From an uncultured bacterium (GTDB lineage: Bacteria; Bacillota_I; Bacilli_A; RFN20; CAG-826), in the NCBI GenBank assembly GCA_949293255.1, contig CASFCL010000002.1, forward strand, positions 30,395-94,394: a stretch of DNA of 64,000 bases, read 5' to 3'. Numbering within the stretch: position 1 is the stretch's first letter; each line of letters starts with the position of its first letter. The position numbers were made by a program, and so were the translations under genes. Positions 58,198 through 64,000 of the stretch are shown one piece after another. The notes under the pieces were generated by a model. It was given only the letters and a program-made list of their open reading frames with translations, was not told the DNA's origin and ran no database searches.

Positions 58198-60783
58198 ATG
58201 GAAGAAAACGAAAAGCAAATCGATGAAATTGAAACTTCTGAAGAAGAATTAAATGAAGAAAACGCAGCATTAGAAGCTGGAATCACTGCCTCTTTAGAAA
58301 ATACTGAAATCACTACTCAAGTTAGACAATCATTCCTTGATTATGCAATGTCTGTTATTGTTTCACGTGCAATTCCAGAAGTAAAAGATGGTTTAAAACC
58401 AGTTCATAGAAGAGTTATTTATGGTATGTATAATGGTGGTTATACATATGATAAAAAATATGTCAAATGTGCAAAAGTTGTTGGTGATGTCATGGGTAAA
58501 TTTCACCCACATGGTGATGCTGCAATTTATGATACATTAGTTAGACTTGCTCAAGATTTCTCAATGAGATATCCACTCGTTGACGGTCATGGAAACTTTG
58601 GTAACATGGATGGCGACCAAGCTGCTGCTTCTCGTTACACTGAATGTAGAATGAATAAATTATCAAACGAGATGGTAAAAGATCTTGATTTTGATACAGT
58701 TGATTATATTCCTAACTATGATGGTAGTGAAAAAGAACCAGTTGTTTTACCAACTAGATTCCCAAATTTACTTGCAAACGGTAGCGATGGTATCGCTGTT
58801 GGTATGGCAACAAAAATGCCACCACACAATTTTGGAGAATTAATTGATGGAATTATCGCTTATTCACAAAACCCAGATATTACAACTGAAGATTTAATGA
58901 AATATATTAAAGGTCCTGATTTCCCAACAGGCGGAATTATTTATGGTCTTGGCGGAATTAGAGATGCTTATAATACAGGAAGAGGATCTTTTAAACTTAG
59001 AGCAAAAGCCGAAGTTAAAACAGAACCGAATGGTAAAGGAAAAATTATCGTTACTGAAATTCCTTACCAAGTAAGAAAAAGCGATTTAGTTTCAAAAATT
59101 GGTGAACTTGCCAGAGAAAAAGTTATTGATGGAATTACTTCTATTAAAGATTTCTCAAAAGAAAATGTTCATATTGAAATTGAAACTAGAAGAGATGTTG
59201 AACCATCAGTTATCTTAAATAAATTGTACAAAATGACACAACTTGAAATTTCTTATGGTGTCATTAATCTTTGTATTGTTGATGGTGTTCCAAAAGTCTT
59301 AAGTTTAAAAGAAATTTTAAGATTATATCTTGAATTCCAAATTGAATTAATTACAAGAAGAACCAATTATTTAAAAGAAAAAGACGAGAGAAGATGTCAT
59401 ATAATTGATGGTCTATTACTTGTTGTTGACAACATTGATGAGGTCGTAGAAATAGCAAAAACCTCACAGAACCAAACTATTTTTGCAGAAAACCTTAAAG
59501 AAAGATTCGGTTTGGATGACGAACAAGCTAAGTCAGTTGTTCAAATGACACTTGGTAGATTAACAGGTGTTGAGACTACAAAACTCATCGATGAAAGAAA
59601 CGTATTATTAAAAAATATTGAAGGTTATAACTTCATTCTTTCATCAAAAGAAAACACTCTTGCAGTTGTAATTGATGAACTTAATGTAATGAAAAAACAA
59701 TTCAATGATCCAAGAAGAACCGAAATTTCAACAAACATTATGTCTTTAAATGACGAAGATTTAATTGCCGAAGACGATATTGTTATTTGCTTAACTAAAA
59801 ACGGATACATTAAGAGAATGTCTACCTCCGAATTTAAAGTTCAAAATAGAGGCGGAGTTGGTGTTAAAGGTATGAGTACCTATGAAGATGATTCGGTAGT
59901 TAAAGTTGAATTTGCTTCTACTCATGCTGATATTTTATTCTTCTCATCAAAAGGTAGAGTTTATAGAAAAAGAGGTTATGAAATTAATGAATCTTCAAGA
60001 CAAAGTAAAGGTTTACCACTCGTTAACCTCTTAAATCTTGATAAAGATGAAAGTATTGTCTCAATAATTTGTATTAGAGATTATGAAGATGAAAAAGAAT
60101 ATGAAAACAAATTCTTATTCTTTGCAACCAAACAAGGTATCGTTAAACGTACATCTTTAAGTGAATTTGAAAGAATTAATGTAAATGGAAAAATTGCTCT
60201 TTCATTTAAAGAAGACGATAACTTATTAGATGTCAAAGTTACTGATGGGACAAGCAAGATTTTAATTGCTTCAAGAGATGGACAACTTTGTATGTTTGAT
60301 GAAAACGAAGTCAGAAGCATGGGAAGAACCGCTGCTGGTGTTCGTGGAATCAATTTAAAAGGAAGCGAAGTTGTTGGCGTAGCTACATCACTTGAAGGAG
60401 ACAAAGTTTTAGTTATTTCTGAAAAAGGATATGGAAAATTATCTCCAATTGATACTTATAGACTTACTCACAGAGGATCAAGCGGCGTCATCACCCTTAA
60501 AATCACTGAAAAAACAGGCGAACTTGTTTGTATGAAAGTTGTTAATGGCGAAGAAGATTATTTAGCTATTAAAACAAATGGTGTTGTAATTAGAAGTACA
60601 TTAACTCAAGTTAGAGAAGTTAATAGAAATGCTGTTGGTGTAAAAATGGTAAATCTTCAAAACGACGAAACAGTTTCTTCTGTTGCAATTCTTCCTCATG
60701 AAGATGAAGAAATTGACGAAGAAAACGCTGAGCAACCAGAAGAAAACGCTGAACCAGTCGAAGAAAATCAAGTTAATGAATAA
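58198..60783 (+). CDS. gyrA: DNA gyrase subunit A
   Basis: DGLKPVHRR, FHPHGD, AASRYTE, GyrA-box QNRGGVG, acidic C-tail. Confidence 0.97.
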   Translation: MEENEKQIDEIETSEEELNEENAALEAGITASLENTEITTQVRQSFLDYAMSVIVSRAIPEVKDGLKPVHRRVIYGMYNGGYTYDKKYVKCAKVVGDVMGKFHPHGDAAIYDTLVRLAQDFSMRYPLVDGHGNFGNMDGDQAAASRYTECRMNKLSNEMVKDLDFDTVDYIPNYDGSEKEPVVLPTRFPNLLANGSDGIAVGMATKMPPHNFGELIDGIIAYSQNPDITTEDLMKYIKGPDFPTGGIIYGLGGIRDAYNTGRGSFKLRAKAEVKTEPNGKGKIIVTEIPYQVRKSDLVSKIGELAREKVIDGITSIKDFSKENVHIEIETRRDVEPSVILNKLYKMTQLEISYGVINLCIVDGVPKVLSLKEILRLYLEFQIELITRRTNYLKEKDERRCHIIDGLLLVVDNIDEVVEIAKTSQNQTIFAENLKERFGLDDEQAKSVVQMTLGRLTGVETTKLIDERNVLLKNIEGYNFILSSKENTLAVVIDELNVMKKQFNDPRRTEISTNIMSLNDEDLIAEDDIVICLTKNGYIKRMSTSEFKVQNRGGVGVKGMSTYEDDSVVKVEFASTHADILFFSSKGRVYRKRGYEINESSRQSKGLPLVNLLNLDKDESIVSIICIRDYEDEKEYENKFLFFATKQGIVKRTSLSEFERINVNGKIALSFKEDDNLLDVKVTDGTSKILIASRDGQLCMFDENEVRSMGRTAAGVRGINLKGSEVVGVATSLEGDKVLVISEKGYGKLSPIDTYRLTHRGSSGVITLKITEKTGELVCMKVVNGEEDYLAIKTNGVVIRSTLTQVREVNRNAVGVKMVNLQNDETVSSVAILPHEDEEIDEENAEQPEENAEPVEENQVNE

Positions 60784-60787
60784 ATAA

Positions 60788-61819
60788 ATGCGAGTCTTAA
60801 TTTATAAAGATTTAAAAGAAGAAAATGATAATTTTGAAGCCTTAAGATTAAAGAAATCTTTAAAAAGGTCTTTAGAAATTAATAACGAAACTTACATTAA
60901 TCACTTTCTTTATAAAGAATATGATCTTGTTCAATTTACTGAATTAGATGAAGTTGCATTTAAGGCTGTCAAAAAAGAAGTAAATGACAACGTTAAATTT
61001 ATTGTCGGACTTCTTTATGGTGAATATGATTATAAAAGTAGTATTTTAGAGTTTAAAAAAGATGATATTGGAATTTTTCAACCATTTATCGATAAAAATT
61101 CTTTTAAATTAATTGAACAATTTGATTATGTTTTAGCTCCAACATTTAATGCGAAAAGATTTTTAATCAATCAAGGAGTTACAAAACCAATTTTTGTTCA
61201 TAATCCAAGCATTAATATCAACGAGTTCAATTTAGAATACTCAAAAATCAAAGATATTTGCTTTAGATTTTTACAACTTCACGAACATGAGCAAATTATA
61301 TTCACAATAATTAACTCTCAAGACATTGAAGCGTTCAAAAAACTATATGTTTTTGCGGATATCTTCAAAAATTTTAAATATGTCGTCATTTCAAAGACTG
61401 ACAAGAAGAAATTTCCAAAAGACATAAAAAAGATGATTAAAAAGGGTAAAAGTAATGTAATTATTAAAGATGTTTTACCTCAAGATGTTTATTATTCTTT
61501 AATTTTTAATTGCCTTGCTTATATCAATCTTTCTACTGATTATCCTCAATTTTTCCAATTTATGGAAGTTATGGCTGCTAAAAAAGAAATATTTTCTTTA
61601 GAAAATAAAGTTTATAACGATTTCTTAATTGATAAACAAAATGGGCATGTCTATAATAATTTGGACGGTTTAATTGAAGATTTTAAATTGTTTATTTTAG
61701 GAGATTTAGAAGAAACTAAAGGAAAAGCTTACGAGTTCATAAAAGAACGTAACTTAAAGAAAGAAGGAATTAATTTAATTAAAATTTATAATTCGTTAAT
61801 AAAGGAGTCTAACATATGA
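60788..61819 (+). CDS. Divergent GT4-like glycosyltransferase (CpoA/DGS-like), possibly inactive
   Basis: MRVLIY start, VLAPT..AKRFL...GVTKPI, MEVMAAKKEI, NGHVYN resemble GT-B/GT4 lipid glycosyltransferases. Confidence 0.6.
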   Translation: MRVLIYKDLKEENDNFEALRLKKSLKRSLEINNETYINHFLYKEYDLVQFTELDEVAFKAVKKEVNDNVKFIVGLLYGEYDYKSSILEFKKDDIGIFQPFIDKNSFKLIEQFDYVLAPTFNAKRFLINQGVTKPIFVHNPSININEFNLEYSKIKDICFRFLQLHEHEQIIFTIINSQDIEAFKKLYVFADIFKNFKYVVISKTDKKKFPKDIKKMIKKGKSNVIIKDVLPQDVYYSLIFNCLAYINLSTDYPQFFQFMEVMAAKKEIFSLENKVYNDFLIDKQNGHVYNNLDGLIEDFKLFILGDLEETKGKAYEFIKERNLKKEGINLIKIYNSLIKESNI

Positions 61820-63093
61820 TAGATATCAATTATATTTTAAAAAATAAAGATCACGTAAAAGAGTTATTAGCTAGAAAAGAATTTGAAGCTGATATTGATG
61901 GACTTTGCTCAAAGGTTGAAGAAAAAAGAAAAATTCAAAAGCAAGTTGAAGACAATAAAGCTGAACAAAATAGACTTTCAAAATCAGTTCCACAAGTTAA
62001 AAAAGAAGGCGGCGATGTTCAAGCAATTTTTAAAAAAAGCAAGGAATTAGCAGGGATAAATAAAGAAAACGAAGAAAAACTTGCTGTTTTAGAAGAAGAA
62101 ATTAACAAGATTTTATTTGCTCTTCCAAACCTTCCAGATGAAGATTTACTTGCTGGAGGAAAAGAAAATAACAAACCAATTTATGAATTCAAAACAAAAC
62201 CAGAATTTGATTTTGAAATTAAATCGCATGTCGATTTAGCTGAATCTTTAGGTTTAATTGATTATGAAAGAGGAGCAAAAGTTAGTGGCCGTGGAAGTTG
62301 GTTCTATACTAATTTAGGTGCTCGTCTTGAATGGGCTTTATTGAATTTCTTTATTAGCGAACACCTTAATGATGGATTCGCGTTTATGCTTCCTCCACAT
62401 TTATTAAATTACGAAAGTGGATTCACAGCTGGACAATTCCCAAAATTTGAAGAAGATGTTTTTGCTTTAAAAGATGTCTCACCATTCAAGTTTATTCTTC
62501 CAACTGCTGAAACAGCTTTAATTAACTATCATAGAAACGAAATTTTAAGTGAAGAAGATCTTCCTAAAAAATATTTTGCATATACTCCGTGTTATAGAAA
62601 AGAAGCTGGTGCATATAGAAGCGAAGAAAGAGGAATGATCAGAGGTTATCAATTCAATAAAGTTGAAATGGTTGAATATACAAAAGATGATGATTCTGAT
62701 AGAGCTTTTGAGGAATTAGTTAATAAAGCTAAAACTTTAGTTGAAAAATTAGGCTTACACTTTAGAATTTCTAAACTTGCTGCAGCAGATTGCTCACATT
62801 CAATGGCCAGAACTTATGATATTGAAGTTTATTTGCCATCTTTAAATATTTACAAAGAAGTTTCTTCAGTTTCAAATGCTAGAGATTATCAAGCAAGAAG
62901 AGGAATGATCAGATATAAAGATAAAGATGGAAAAATGCATTACTGTCACACTTTAAATGGTAGTGGACTTGCAACAAGTAGAATCTTCCCAGCAATTTTA
63001 GAGCAATATCAACAAAAAGATGGTTCCGTACTTGTTCCAGAAGTACTTCAACCATTTATGGGTGGAATTAAAGTCATCAAACCAGTTAAATAA
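61816..63093 (+). CDS. serS: Serine--tRNA ligase
   Basis: LPTAET, CYRKEAG...RGMIRGYQFNKVE, YKEVSSVSN, HTLNGSGLAT.R. Confidence 0.98.
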   Translation: MIDINYILKNKDHVKELLARKEFEADIDGLCSKVEEKRKIQKQVEDNKAEQNRLSKSVPQVKKEGGDVQAIFKKSKELAGINKENEEKLAVLEEEINKILFALPNLPDEDLLAGGKENNKPIYEFKTKPEFDFEIKSHVDLAESLGLIDYERGAKVSGRGSWFYTNLGARLEWALLNFFISEHLNDGFAFMLPPHLLNYESGFTAGQFPKFEEDVFALKDVSPFKFILPTAETALINYHRNEILSEEDLPKKYFAYTPCYRKEAGAYRSEERGMIRGYQFNKVEMVEYTKDDDSDRAFEELVNKAKTLVEKLGLHFRISKLAAADCSHSMARTYDIEVYLPSLNIYKEVSSVSNARDYQARRGMIRYKDKDGKMHYCHTLNGSGLATSRIFPAILEQYQQKDGSVLVPEVLQPFMGGIKVIKPVK

Positions 63094-63130
63094 AAACTAT
63101 TATTAATAAATTATTTTGATATAATTATTA

Positions 63131-63210
63131 AGCCATCGCGATTTATAACTTCGAACCAGGTCAGGATGGGAACATAGCAGCCTTAAGATACTTGTAATTG
63201 TGCGATGGTT
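63131..63210 (+). ncRNA. ffs: Small (Alu-less) signal recognition particle RNA
   Basis: CAGGTCAGG-ATG-GGAA-CAT-AGCAGC helix 8, closing stem AGCCATCGC/GCGATGGTT, TGATATAAT -10 box 5 nt upstream. Confidence 0.9.
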
Positions 63211-63229
63211 TTTATTTTATGATTAATAT

Positions 63230-63691
63230 ATGAAAAACATTGACGAACACTTCATGAAGATTGCCTTAAAAGAAGCTAACAAAGCTCTTTTAAAAGAGGA
63301 GATTCCAATTGGATGTGTTATTGTTGATGAAAATAATAAAATTATTGCTCGAGGACATAACATAAAAGAACAAAAAGAAGATGTTTCAGCACATGCTGAA
63401 ATTTTGGCAATTCGAAAAGCAGGAAAGAAAAGAAATAATTGGCGACTTAATGGCTGCACAATCTATATTACCCTTGAACCTTGCTTAATGTGTGCCTCTG
63501 CAATCATACAAGCAAGATTATCAAGAGTCGTATTTGGAGCAAGAGAAGATAATACTGGAGCATTTGGATCAAAATACAATATTTTAGAGTTAGAAAACCA
63601 AATTTTAGACGTCAAAAAAGACGTCTTAGGAGACGAAAGCAAGCGACTTTTGCAGGGTTTTTTTCAAAATAGAAGGAAAAAATCTAAATAA
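63230..63691 (+). CDS. tadA: tRNA adenosine(34) deaminase
   Basis: EIPIGCVIV, AHAEILAI, NWRL, TLEPCLMCASA. Confidence 0.95.
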   Translation: MKNIDEHFMKIALKEANKALLKEEIPIGCVIVDENNKIIARGHNIKEQKEDVSAHAEILAIRKAGKKRNNWRLNGCTIYITLEPCLMCASAIIQARLSRVVFGAREDNTGAFGSKYNILELENQILDVKKDVLGDESKRLLQGFFQNRRKKSK

Positions 63692-63757
63692 TTTTATGAC
63701 ACTGTAAAAAAATTTCTTGAATATCTAAAAAAGTGGTTTATACTTTTTAAAGTAACC

Positions 63758-64000
63758 ATGTTAGAGCTCAAACATATATTTAAAGATTACTATATAGATA
63801 AAGAACCTTTCCACGCATTGAAAGACATTTCGTTATTTTTTCCACGTTCACAATTTTGCTGTATTTTAGGTCCTTCAGGATGTGGTAAAACTACAACTTT
63901 AAATATAATTGGAGGCTTAGATCGCTATACAAGTGGCGACTTAATTATCGAAGGAATTTCTACAAAAACTTATAGTGATAAAGATTGGGATAATTACCGT
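63758..64000 (+). CDS. ABC transporter ATP-binding protein (MacB/LolD-like), 5' part only
   Basis: Hand translation: MLELKHIFKDY...ALKDISL...ILGPSGCGKTTTLNIIGGLD; runs off the right edge; promoter TTGAAT-N16-TATACT. Confidence 0.9.
   Translation, partial: MLELKHIFKDYYIDKEPFHALKDISLFFPRSQFCCILGPSGCGKTTTLNIIGGLDRYTSGDLIIEGISTKTYSDKDWDNYR

Noticed and set aside
17473-61819. Mycoplasma-type UGA = Trp code
   Set aside because: All long ORFs are full length under table 11. The four TGA stops (helicase, mfd, yaaA, GT4-like) are at natural C-termini in ATGA overlaps.
63440-63448. CGA-to-Trp reassignment
   Set aside because: CGA encodes the conserved Arg in TadA NWRL, directly after a TGG Trp.
1112-63459. 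Short antisense or alternate-frame ORFs (60-162 aa) in the ORF track
   Set aside because: All overlap well-supported genes, lack an RBS or recognisable motifs, and are typical shadow ORFs.

Overview
Replication-origin region of a low-GC, genome-reduced bacterium that looks like an uncultured Mollicutes-like member of the Bacilli (inferred from gene order and AT content). It carries the conserved block mnmE-jag-yidC-rnpA-rpmH / oriC / dnaA-dnaN-yaaA-recF-gyrB-gyrA-serS-SRP RNA-tadA. It also carries rpsF-ssb-rpsR, gdpP-rplI-dnaB, pth-mfd-tilS-ftsH-dusB-lysS, purA-purB, glyA, ppdK, a class III RNR with a fused glutaredoxin-like domain plus trxB, and a TetR/heterodimeric ABC exporter cassette. 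No rRNA, tRNA, CRISPR or transposase was seen. Main observations: (1) CGG is very probably read as Trp, since it occupies conserved Trp sites of NrdD, while CGA and AGG stay Arg and UGA stays stop. (2) A non-palindromic motif, AAAAACCnTGYA(RAAnnC), occurs about 13 times, both intergenically and inside genes in different frames using rare codons; it is a candidate uptake or chromosome-organising signal. (3) A ~48-nt element with a covarying stem and a Shine-Dalgarno in its loop occurs twice with no real gene behind the SD. (4) A DUF4011/Hhe-like giant helicase is translationally coupled to a DUF1848 radical-SAM-like gene, a candidate defence or repair pair. All calls come from motif recognition by eye; no searches were run.
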